DNA from: an uncultured virus (IMG/VR IMGVR_UViG_3300042887_005898)
Taxonomy: Duplodnaviria; Heunggongvirae; Uroviricota; Caudoviricetes
Reading direction: 5' to 3' (one strand)
Virus record (IMG/VR): IMGVR_UViG_3300042887_005898
DNA: 20,000 nt
This document shows positions 7,673 to 16,724 of this stretch, piece by piece; the stretch's first letter is position 1; each line of letters begins with the position of its first letter. A program made the position numbers and the translations under genes. The notes beneath the pieces are model-generated. The model saw only the letters and a list, made by a program, of their open reading frames with translations, was not told the DNA's origin and searched no databases.

Positions 7673-7745
7673 TGTCAGTTAGCTCATTTGGTAGAGCACT
7701 TGTCTGATACACAAGAGGTGCCGGGATCGTAACCCGGACTGACAA
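7673..7745 (+). tRNA. tRNA-Ile(GAU)
   Basis: TGTCAGT/ACTGACA; CTTGT-CT GAT AC-ACAAG; CCGGG-ATCGTAA-CCCGG. Confidence 0.9.
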
Positions 7746-7751
7746 CTTAAT

Positions 7752-7825
7752 GCATTCTTCGTATAGTTGGTCTATTACTCTGGATTTGTAACCCAGAAAC
7801 GCCAGTTCGAATCTGGCAGAATGCT
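7752..7825 (+). tRNA. tRNA-Thr(UGU)
   Basis: GCATTCT/AGAATGC; CTGGA-TT TGT AA-CCCAG; GCCAG-TTCGAAT-CTGGC. Confidence 0.88.
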
Positions 7826-7836
7826 CTAATCAAAAT

Positions 7837-7908
7837 AGCGATATAGTGTAAAGGTTAGCTCACTTGGCTCATATCCTTGAGGATCAGGTTCGATTCCTGA
7901 TATCGCTA
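7837..7908 (+). tRNA. tRNA with CAU anticodon (Met most likely), weak anticodon stem
   Basis: AGCGATA/TATCGCT; CTTGG-CT CAT AT-CCTTG has two T-T mismatches; TCAGG-TTCGATT-CCTGA. Confidence 0.72.
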
Positions 7909-7987
7909 CAATATTATCTCAGAGTTAATAATGTGTCATGTTTTTTTATAATCTACATGTTTTTTCTTATAGAAAAATATATAAATT

Positions 7988-8716
7988 ATGGAAAAAATTA
8001 AAACACTATTTATAAGTGATGTTCACCTTGGAAGTTCTAGTTCAAATGCATCTAAATTATTACAGGTATTTAAATTATATGAATTTGAAAACTTAATCAT
8101 AATTGGTGACTTTATAGATATGACTTCACTGAAGAGAAGATTTTTTTGGACTCAAGATCACTCGACTGTTATTCAAAAAGTTCTTAGATTTTCTAGAAAA
8201 GAAGTCAATGTAGTTTATATCATTGGAAATCATGACTTCTATATACGAAATCTTATAGATGAAGGGCCAATTAACATAGGTGAAATTAAAATATGTGATG
8301 AACATATCTATGAAACAATCAGTGGTGAAAAAATATTTATAACACACGGTGATTGTTTTGATGGATTTATTAGATTACATCCTTTTTTGTACTTTCTTGG
8401 TGATAAAGCTTATTCACTTTCGATCTCCATTAATAAGTATTATAATATTATTAGAGGTCTTTTTGGGTTTCAATATTGGAGTTTATCTTCTTATTTAAAG
8501 ACTAAAGTAAAAAATGTAGTAAAGTTTGTTACTGAATATAGAACCATGTCTGAGAAAAAATTGAAAGAAGTCAATTGTGATTCTATAATGATTGGACATA
8601 CTCACACACCTGAAATTCAACTCGGTAGTTATTATAATACTGGTGATTTTTGTGAGAGCTGTAGCTATATTATAGAAAGCATCGAAGGTCAAATAGAATT
8701 AAGATATATTAGATGA
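7988..8716 (+). CDS. LpxH/PlcP-like metallophosphoesterase (UDP-2,3-diacylglucosamine hydrolase family)
   Basis: FISDVHLG, GDFID, GNHD, HGDCFD, YWSLSSYLKTKVKNVV, GHTH, YYNTGDFCESCS. Confidence 0.87.
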   Translation: MEKIKTLFISDVHLGSSSSNASKLLQVFKLYEFENLIIIGDFIDMTSLKRRFFWTQDHSTVIQKVLRFSRKEVNVVYIIGNHDFYIRNLIDEGPINIGEIKICDEHIYETISGEKIFITHGDCFDGFIRLHPFLYFLGDKAYSLSISINKYYNIIRGLFGFQYWSLSSYLKTKVKNVVKFVTEYRTMSEKKLKEVNCDSIMIGHTHTPEIQLGSYYNTGDFCESCSYIIESIEGQIELRYIR

Positions 8717-9675
8717 AAATATTATATGGTGTACAAGGAACAGGTAATGGTCACATCACTCGTTCAATAAAAATGATTACTACTCTAAAGAGTATGGGAT
8801 TCGAAGTTGATACTTTAGTTTCAGGTAGTAATTATCAAATCAATCTTCCTTTTGAATGTAAATTTAATTTTAAGGGTTTTAATTTTTCTTTTAATAAAGA
8901 TGGTAGTATAAATAAATTTAATACATTAATAGAAAATGACTTTTATCAATTCTTAAAAGATACTAAAATTGATTTGAAACAATATGATACTCTAATTACA
9001 GATTTTGAACCAATTTTAGCATGGTCGGCAAAGTTTAAAGAACGAGAGATATGGGGTATAGGAAATCAATATTCTTTTTTATCAAAGAATTCTCCAAGAC
9101 CTACAAAAAAAGATTTAATTGGTGAGACTGTTCTAAAATGGATGGCACCTGTAACAAACCCAATAGGTATTCATTTTCAAAGATATGACGATTTTATCGA
9201 ATTGCCGATAATAAGAGATGATATCATTTATGGTAAACTAGAAGATTTTGGTCACTATACTGTTTATCTACCGAATGTTAATTTGAAAGAATTAGTTAAT
9301 GAACTTAATAGTTTTACTAAAAATAGATTTCATATATTTAGTAACACATACTACTATAATACTGAATATAGAAATTGTAGAATATATCCTTTAGATAAAT
9401 TTATGTTTCAGAAAAGTTTTTTGACATCTACCGGCGTGATAACAACTGGTGGTTTTCAAACAACATCTGAGTCACTATATTGTGGTAAAAAATTACTAGT
9501 AATACCAATAAACAATCAATATGAACAAATGTGTAATGGTGAGTCTCTTAGTAGATTAGGTATCAAAGTTGGTCAGTTATCAGATATAGGGAATTTTCTA
9601 ACTTCATGTAAAAATGTTAAATTAACTTGGGAAGATCCTACGAATAAAATAATATCAATGATTACTAAAAGTTAA
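8713..9675 (+). CDS. GT-B glycosyltransferase (MJ1255/VC2487-like family)
   Basis: MKILYGVQGTGNGHITRS, ITDFEP, GGFQTTSESLYCGKKLLVIP..QYEQ..N; ATGA overlap with the upstream gene. Confidence 0.87.
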   Translation: MKILYGVQGTGNGHITRSIKMITTLKSMGFEVDTLVSGSNYQINLPFECKFNFKGFNFSFNKDGSINKFNTLIENDFYQFLKDTKIDLKQYDTLITDFEPILAWSAKFKEREIWGIGNQYSFLSKNSPRPTKKDLIGETVLKWMAPVTNPIGIHFQRYDDFIELPIIRDDIIYGKLEDFGHYTVYLPNVNLKELVNELNSFTKNRFHIFSNTYYYNTEYRNCRIYPLDKFMFQKSFLTSTGVITTGGFQTTSESLYCGKKLLVIPINNQYEQMCNGESLSRLGIKVGQLSDIGNFLTSCKNVKLTWEDPTNKIISMITKS

Positions 9676-12457
9676 ATTTAGCAGACAGAGTAATAGTTTG
9701 ACCAAATTGAACTTTTTGCCAATCGTTATCACCTAAATTAAATCTTTGATTATTATTCAAATCCTGAAAATAAATCAAATCCTGTGCTAAAATATCTTTA
9801 ATATTTAATTTTAACTCACAATTCTTAATTTTCTTTGATATTTGAAAATCTAAGACATGTCTTTCATTCTCCCATACACTTGGCTCTTGTACATTACCAA
9901 CTATATAAATTCTTGGACCAACTATATTATAAGAAATATTCGTTGAAAAGGTATTATCAGTATTATTCCAGTATAATCCAGTGTTAAAAACATAAGGTGA
10001 TTGTCCTTGTAGTGGTCTATTACCACCAGAACCGATTACTTCATCCATCATCACATTAGATTTTATAAATGCTAAATTTGAATTTATTGATAGGTTTTTA
10101 TAAATTTTTGATTTAATATCGATTTCAACACCAATGTTTTTTGCTTTATATACATTGTCATAATAAAGCTCTGGTGAACCAGATGTTCCTGTTCTATTAA
10201 TTATTTCTATCGGATTTATGAATTCTTTATAGAAACCAGAAACAGAGAATACTTGATTATTTGATGGGTAATACTCAAATCTCAAATCATAATTGTTTAT
10301 TATTGTTCTTTTTAGATAAGGATTTCCAGAAGTGATATTATCTTGTATGAAGTTATAAAAACTAAAAGGAGCTAGCTCTCTAAATTCTGGACGCGAAACC
10401 GTTTTTGAGTAGCTAGTTCTAACTTTAAATTTGTCGACATTAAAACTCAGATTAATACTTGGTAATAAATCTACAACTGTAGAATCAATTGTCTTTTTTA
10501 AGTTACTACCAAACTCAATATAGTTAAACCTTTGATTGTATGATTCAATTCGTAATCCAACATTTAAATTTACATTTTTAGTTTTGGTATCTATCATCAA
10601 ATAACCAGCATTTAATGTGGAATTAGCATCATAACTATCATCTACATTTGTTGACTCATCTAATTTGAATCCGCCTTGACCATTTTGAAGTAGTCCCATA
10701 TTTTCTATTGAAAAGATCTCATCTGTGTTTAATAGTAATAGTTCGCTATTGAATGTACTTCCAGTTGGTCGATATTGAGAGAATCCAAAGTTCCTGCTTG
10801 TAAAGTCTCTATTTCTATATTGAAAGAAGTAACCTGATTTAATTTCGCTTTTAATTTGACTTATTTCTAAATCTTTTGCATAATCTACTCTACCACCATA
10901 AACTTTTTCATTACTCTTAGACCAAAACATATTACCAGCAGCAGTTGGTATTGTACCATTAGTCTGAATTACTGCAACATACTCTTCATTAGGATCATTT
11001 TCTAAAAGTGAATATTTTCTATAAACAATTCTTCTTAGGTTTGGTATTTCTCTCTTAATATCACTGTGATTTATAGACCATTCAATTTTTGATTTGCTGA
11101 ACTCATGATTTCCTATTAATTGTTGTGTTAGTAGATTATTTTGAGTGTACCATAAGTTGGTTGACTTCTCCCACTGATGTGGATCATTATCCATTTCTCT
11201 TACACCATATCTTTTATTCACTTTGTCTTCAGAATTGATAGAATATAAGTTTTTGAACTTAATTGAGTTTTTATCATTGATTTTGAATTTGAAGTTTAAT
11301 AAACCAGTATTTAGAACATTTTGAGTAAATACTGAATCTCTTAGAATCATTTTTGTGATCACTTCGGTTTCTGATTCTTCAAATTCTTTTCTAACTATAT
11401 TATTTTGATTGTAGTTCAATTGATAATTATAATTGAAAACAAACCCAAATGAAGATTTATCTTTTCTTATCTTCCAGTTTCTACCAAATCCGAATTGTAA
11501 ATTCTGATTTAATGGTGACTTTATGTTTTTAGTAGACCAATCATTTTTTATTAATTTTGATAATTCTGCTTTTTCATTTTTGTTTAAATCTGAAAATTCT
11601 TCTGTACTTGGTAATCCGTTTGGTAATGATCTATAATCAGTTCCAAACCCAATAAAGTCACCTTTTGAACAATTATAAGTGTTGAAATTTCTAAAAGTAG
11701 AAATTGTATTGTATGACTGACCAATTTGAACATAAGAAAAATCATTATCCTTTATATCTTGTGTATTGATATTAATAATTCCTCCAGCAAACTCACCTGG
11801 TAGATCTGATGATGCTGTCTTCTGAATAAGAATATTATCTATCATATTTGAGGAAAATATATCAAATGAAAATGCTCTTTTATCACTTTCTGAACTCGGT
11901 AGAGGCGAACCATTAAGTAAACCAAAGTTGTATCTATCATTTAGACCTCTTATAATGACAAATTTGTTGTCTTGTATGGAAGCACCACTTATTCTTTTTA
12001 ATACATCTGAAGCTTTTGAATCAGGAGTTTTCTTGAATATTTCTGATGTTGTTCCGTCTACGACAGAACTGGAGTTCTTTTGTGTTAGTATCAAATCAAC
12101 TTGTGTGTCTTTGTCTCTAGTCGCGAAAATTTTGAGTTCTTTTGAGTCTGTTTTATCATCTCTTTTCATTTTGATGACTATTGAACCAGTCGGACTAGAT
12201 TCAACGATATTCACTTTGACAGAGTAGTCTAAGTAGGTGACATATCTAATTTCAATTTCATGCGATCCAGTCGGTAAAATTAGTTCAAATTTACCATCAA
12301 TATCCGAGACTGTTCCAGTGTTTAGTTTAGGACAATATACAACTGCACCAATAAGTGACTCGTTTGAGGTTGAGTCACTTATTGTACCAATCAATTTTGC
12401 CTGACTTAGTAGTTGTGTAGAAACTAAAATTAAAAAAGACAATAAAACTGACCTCAT
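9665..12457 (-). CDS. TonB-dependent outer-membrane receptor with N-terminal carboxypeptidase-regulatory-like domain
   Basis: Signal peptide; G..SDIDGKF; plug motif IIRGLNDRYN; SRPEFRELAPF; DLRFEYYP; RPLQGQSPY; terminal aromatic residue (KFNF). Confidence 0.93.
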   Translation of the reverse strand: MRSVLLSFLILVSTQLLSQAKLIGTISDSTSNESLIGAVVYCPKLNTGTVSDIDGKFELILPTGSHEIEIRYVTYLDYSVKVNIVESSPTGSIVIKMKRDDKTDSKELKIFATRDKDTQVDLILTQKNSSSVVDGTTSEIFKKTPDSKASDVLKRISGASIQDNKFVIIRGLNDRYNFGLLNGSPLPSSESDKRAFSFDIFSSNMIDNILIQKTASSDLPGEFAGGIININTQDIKDNDFSYVQIGQSYNTISTFRNFNTYNCSKGDFIGFGTDYRSLPNGLPSTEEFSDLNKNEKAELSKLIKNDWSTKNIKSPLNQNLQFGFGRNWKIRKDKSSFGFVFNYNYQLNYNQNNIVRKEFEESETEVITKMILRDSVFTQNVLNTGLLNFKFKINDKNSIKFKNLYSINSEDKVNKRYGVREMDNDPHQWEKSTNLWYTQNNLLTQQLIGNHEFSKSKIEWSINHSDIKREIPNLRRIVYRKYSLLENDPNEEYVAVIQTNGTIPTAAGNMFWSKSNEKVYGGRVDYAKDLEISQIKSEIKSGYFFQYRNRDFTSRNFGFSQYRPTGSTFNSELLLLNTDEIFSIENMGLLQNGQGGFKLDESTNVDDSYDANSTLNAGYLMIDTKTKNVNLNVGLRIESYNQRFNYIEFGSNLKKTIDSTVVDLLPSINLSFNVDKFKVRTSYSKTVSRPEFRELAPFSFYNFIQDNITSGNPYLKRTIINNYDLRFEYYPSNNQVFSVSGFYKEFINPIEIINRTGTSGSPELYYDNVYKAKNIGVEIDIKSKIYKNLSINSNLAFIKSNVMMDEVIGSGGNRPLQGQSPYVFNTGLYWNNTDNTFSTNISYNIVGPRIYIVGNVQEPSVWENERHVLDFQISKKIKNCELKLNIKDILAQDLIYFQDLNNNQRFNLGDNDWQKVQFGQTITLSAKFNF

Positions 12458-14016
12458 TGTTTAATTATATTTTTAAAAACTTTTTCATTTACTTGAACAG
12501 TGTAAATACCATAGTCTAAACTTGATAAGTTTATTTCTGTACTATTAAAACCTTTATTTATATTTACAATCTGACCTAAGTGATTATAAACCTTCACAAT
12601 TATCGGACCATCTAATTTTATGTTTACAACTCCTAATGTTGGATTAGGATAAATAATCAAACTTTGGTCTAAATCATTATAAACATTATTAATTAATCCC
12701 AATTTTGAATGTGTAAAGTCAGCATTATTTGATACAATTGAATTTTCGTTAAGTCTAGCATCTGGATTAGAATTAAATATATCTACCCAATTAATTTCTG
12801 AAACAGACATTATTGAATCATTTTGATTAGTGGAAAAGAATTCATAGAAACTCGCTAGTGAAGTCACACAATTATTTGGTATGTTTGATAAAACATTATT
12901 TGAAAAAACAAGAGAACCGTTAGTTACATTAGATTCTGTAGCTGTTCCTTCAATTGATAACCCTTTTTCCCAACCTGTCACTAAAGAATTAAAAACTGAG
13001 ATAGAAGAATTTCTTCTGATTCTAAAAGCTTTTTCAAATTTTTCACCAACAGGTAAAACTTGAGATCCATCACCAAGTGGACCAACTATTGTAAAATTTG
13101 AAAACACGGCCGCGGTTTGTGGTAAATTAGATGAACCGGTTGCATCATTATCACTTTCAAAACAGTTTGAATCACCAGGAGCATCGTATCTTGTGTTGTC
13201 ACGAATTGCTAATCCAAACTGAACATTACCTCTATATCCAAAGTCTGTATCAAAGTCATCATCGATACCTTTGTAGGCGATTAAGTGTTTACAGTTCACA
13301 GTACCACCAAACCACTCAAATGAGTCATCACCTGAAAATGATACTTGTACAAAATCAATTATAGTCAATGAACCGACTGAACCAAAAGTAATACCATTTA
13401 TTTCTTTATTTGGCTCAAGTGGAATGCCACCAAATTCAACTCTAACATATCTTAAAATACCTGAGTTATCAGAATCATCACTACCACCATATTGTGTGTT
13501 AGAAGATGGTGTTATTCCCTCAATGTTTGCGAATCCTCCTGGTTGATTATTAACTGCTTTACCTAAAATAACCAATCCTCCCCAATCTCCTTCAGCTCTT
13601 AAACCGATCTCTTCGTTTGATGTGAAAATAATTGGTTGATCTTGTGTTCCGTCAGCGATTATTTTTGAACCTTTAGTTATGATAAGAGTTCCTTGTGTTG
13701 AGTAATCACCTCTTATGATTGTTCCAGGCAGAATTGTTAGTGTTGCATTATTTGTTACATATACTTTATTTTGCAAAAGTATTACACCACTTAATGTAGT
13801 ATTACTGGTAATGTCATTTGATAATACAGTATTTGTTTGTGGATAATCTGTATTTTCTGGATCAAAATTAGACCAACCAGATGTCCAGTTAGTAGCAGGA
13901 GTATTATCTGTTACCGGAAATGCACCTTTGTAAGAAGTTTGATCCCAGAAGGAATTTTGGCAAATTACTAAATTAGTAAAAGCTAAAAAAAGAATTAAAA
14001 TTGATAATCTTTTCAT
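12454..14016 (-). CDS. secreted beta-helix-like protein with a type IX secretion (T9SS type A) C-terminal sorting domain
   Basis: Signal peptide from MKRLSIL (14016); PIIFTS..GDWGGLVILG..DNSGILRYVRVEFGG..GDDSFEWFGGTVN; C-terminal IYPNP...YNHLGQ...GIYTVQV...KNIIKQ. Confidence 0.87.
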   Translation of the reverse strand: MKRLSILILFLAFTNLVICQNSFWDQTSYKGAFPVTDNTPATNWTSGWSNFDPENTDYPQTNTVLSNDITSNTTLSGVILLQNKVYVTNNATLTILPGTIIRGDYSTQGTLIITKGSKIIADGTQDQPIIFTSNEEIGLRAEGDWGGLVILGKAVNNQPGGFANIEGITPSSNTQYGGSDDSDNSGILRYVRVEFGGIPLEPNKEINGITFGSVGSLTIIDFVQVSFSGDDSFEWFGGTVNCKHLIAYKGIDDDFDTDFGYRGNVQFGLAIRDNTRYDAPGDSNCFESDNDATGSSNLPQTAAVFSNFTIVGPLGDGSQVLPVGEKFEKAFRIRRNSSISVFNSLVTGWEKGLSIEGTATESNVTNGSLVFSNNVLSNIPNNCVTSLASFYEFFSTNQNDSIMSVSEINWVDIFNSNPDARLNENSIVSNNADFTHSKLGLINNVYNDLDQSLIIYPNPTLGVVNIKLDGPIIVKVYNHLGQIVNINKGFNSTEINLSSLDYGIYTVQVNEKVFKNIIKQ

Positions 14017-14170
14017 AAATAAAGTTTTTTTTTCAACTTTATATATCATCCAGAAATCAAAAGGAACAGTTAATATTTTGATTATTACATCGAAATAATC
14101 ATGTAAAATCAGACCAATAAAGGCACTCAGTAATATATTAAGAAACTGCTATCAATCAGTAAACTCAGTG

Positions 14171-16408
14171 TTAATTCCATCCAGGTTTTGTCTGGCCTAT
14201 TGGATAGTTAGGTAATACAATTCTTTGATTAGCATTATCAGCGAAAATTAAGAACTTCGCGTCATCTCTTATAATAGATTGATTTAAAATCTTATTATGC
14301 TCAGACTCAGGTATAACATCTAAGAACAATCTAATGTTGGTTGTTCTCATATCACCACTTAATAATTGAGCTTTAATGTTCTCTAAATAAAACTCGACTG
14401 GCATGATATCTACTGTTGATTTGTAAACATTCAATAACTTTGTAGAGTTTAGACTACCGGCATCTGCTTCATCTTCTACATTTCTTTTATAAATATATTG
14501 AGATAGCTTTCTTTGTCTTTGATCTACATTTAGAATATATGAATACCAAACTTCTTCATTCAAACCACTTGGTAAGCTCATTGTATATGAATCACTATTA
14601 ATCTTGACAATTGAATTGTCTCCAGTAATATTGATATCAAATCCTAAGTTATTAACTGAATCATAGTAGTTAAACAAATGATAGTTATCATTAAATGTGT
14701 AGTTATTAATCTTAAACCAACAAGTAAATCCAATATTGTCTCCTTTATCAAAATAGTTTTTCATATTTCTATACTCGACTGCTGTGGTTGAATAACTTGG
14801 TCCAAAAGCTACAGATGATAAATCATAATGTGACTTACTAATTACTATTTCAGCATTATCAATCATCTCTTTAACAATAGTTGCCACAATATCTACTCTT
14901 ATTGGATCATAAGTAAGTGGCTTATTCTGTTCTTTATTAGCGACTGCTAATTTATCCTGTGTATTCTCTAGGCCAAAAAGCTCATCAATTGTTGAGTTCT
15001 TTGTAAGAGATTTAAGTTTATCAGCAATTGTTTGATTAGCAGCAATAACATTTGCTTTCTGAGTGTATTTCTTCAACATAAGTTTGTAATAAATTGCATT
15101 GTTATTAAAACCTCTAAAAGCTTGTGAGTGTTCTACTGTAAACATTTTATTAATATTACACATCCAAAGAAAATCTTCTTTAGAAGGTCTTTTATCTGGT
15201 CCAAAAGCATCTTTGAATATCTTTTTAGGTATATGAATTTCAAACGAATCAAATAAAGAAAGATCAAACTGGTTTATAGCTCCATTATTTTCAGGGAACT
15301 GATTGTTCTCAACTGAAGCTTTAATCATTGACTCTGCAACATAGTTCATCAATTGATATTCATGAAAAGTATAATCGATTCCTTTTTTATCTGGATCCGT
15401 TAAGAAATAAACTACATCGTGTCCAAATATTTGATTTGAATCATTACTAATCTTGTCTAATAAATCTGTTGCCGTTTGTAATTGATAAGGCTTAAACAAA
15501 TTGTTTTTCTCATCTTGTGAGAGTTGGGGTAATACACAAGGATCACTAGTCGTTGTTAACATTCCAGAGTTACCACCAGTTGGTATGTCTGGACAGGTTG
15601 AAGGATCATTTACGATACCTAACATAAGAGAGTTACAGTCTTCTCTTACTCCATAAACATTTGTTTTAGTATAATCTAAACTAACATTTTGAAAATCTCC
15701 AATCAAATTAATGTCATAAACTTTAACACTACTTGATACTAAATCTACTAAGTATTCAATTTGAAAGAATCTAATAGGTGATATTCTAATGGTTGTTATA
15801 TTTTCTTTTGTAAACGGTTCCCACTCTGTTACTGTTCTTCCATAGTCTTGAGAGAATCTGTATTTGATTGTGAAGTCTGTATTTAGTATTCCATTTGAGA
15901 TAACCTCAATATCAGTAATATCAAATACTTTATAAATGTAAGGTGGTTTTATTACTACTTGTTCATTGTTACTGTTTAGAGTAACTGGTTGTTTCAAGTC
16001 ATAGACATTTCTATCTGTTGAACCATTTATTAGATATTCTAAAAGTTTAATTGAACCAATTTGAGAACTTCCTTTTCTAATGAATTTAATTTCCAGATAC
16101 ATTGTATCAGAGGAATTGAAAGGTGGGAAGTCTGTTATATTTGATGGTAAAATAAACCAACTTGTCCATTGTAGTTGATTTCTACTAATTCTATAATAGG
16201 TTTCTAAATATCTGTTATCTGTTTGACCAGTATAATCATAAGAAAATGATTTGAATTTTTCAACATCTGTTAGATCTGATATTGAAAAAGTAATTTCATC
16301 ATCTATATTGTCAAATTGTGGTGGTGCTAATTCATCAACACCTGTTATTGACCAAGAATCTGACACCTGTATTGTGCCTTTTGTAATATCTTTAGTTATT
16401 TGGTACAT
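14171..16408 (-). CDS. probable virion structural protein (central T4 gp14 neck-like region, C-terminal LamG-like region)
   Basis: 745 aa; FGHDVVYF...FEIHIPKKIF..AFG..RP..EDFLW..NKMFTVEH...YYKLMLKKY resembles neck proteins; TAATATATA at 16421-16413. Confidence 0.55.
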   Translation of the reverse strand: MYQITKDITKGTIQVSDSWSITGVDELAPPQFDNIDDEITFSISDLTDVEKFKSFSYDYTGQTDNRYLETYYRISRNQLQWTSWFILPSNITDFPPFNSSDTMYLEIKFIRKGSSQIGSIKLLEYLINGSTDRNVYDLKQPVTLNSNNEQVVIKPPYIYKVFDITDIEVISNGILNTDFTIKYRFSQDYGRTVTEWEPFTKENITTIRISPIRFFQIEYLVDLVSSSVKVYDINLIGDFQNVSLDYTKTNVYGVREDCNSLMLGIVNDPSTCPDIPTGGNSGMLTTTSDPCVLPQLSQDEKNNLFKPYQLQTATDLLDKISNDSNQIFGHDVVYFLTDPDKKGIDYTFHEYQLMNYVAESMIKASVENNQFPENNGAINQFDLSLFDSFEIHIPKKIFKDAFGPDKRPSKEDFLWMCNINKMFTVEHSQAFRGFNNNAIYYKLMLKKYTQKANVIAANQTIADKLKSLTKNSTIDELFGLENTQDKLAVANKEQNKPLTYDPIRVDIVATIVKEMIDNAEIVISKSHYDLSSVAFGPSYSTTAVEYRNMKNYFDKGDNIGFTCWFKINNYTFNDNYHLFNYYDSVNNLGFDINITGDNSIVKINSDSYTMSLPSGLNEEVWYSYILNVDQRQRKLSQYIYKRNVEDEADAGSLNSTKLLNVYKSTVDIMPVEFYLENIKAQLLSGDMRTTNIRLFLDVIPESEHNKILNQSIIRDDAKFLIFADNANQRIVLPNYPIGQTKPGWN

Positions 16409-16476
16409 AAAATATATATTAAAAAAGATTAGGCATTTAAAAATATCTGCTTATATTTGACAAGAAATTTTACAGT

Positions 16477-16662
16477 ATGGATAATAAATTAATGATTTAT
16501 TCTAAAGAAGATATTCTTGAAAATGAAGAAATTCTTTATGAAAAAGACAAAGCTTATGAAGCTTACAAGGTCGACATCGAAGATTGGATGATAAAGACTG
16601 GAGACATTAATCACATTTACAATTGGAAGTTTATACAAGAAAATTTTTATTTCAACAAATAA
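16477..16662 (+). CDS. hypothetical protein (61 aa, acidic)
   Basis: ORF preceded by TATATTTG at 16452-16459. Confidence 0.55.
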   Translation: MDNKLMIYSKEDILENEEILYEKDKAYEAYKVDIEDWMIKTGDINHIYNWKFIQENFYFNK

Positions 16663-16724
16663 TTAACATTTTATTTGTTAATAACATAACTTTACCTTAT
16701 CTTTGTTTTATAAATCTTATTATA

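Noticed and set aside
7497..7745. 82 aa minus-strand ORF
   Set aside because: Antisense shadow of three tRNA genes.
7921..7960. Possible Pho box upstream of the PlcP-like gene (GTTAAT, TGTCAT)
   Set aside because: Repeats lack a clean 11 bp period and are expected by chance in AT-rich DNA.
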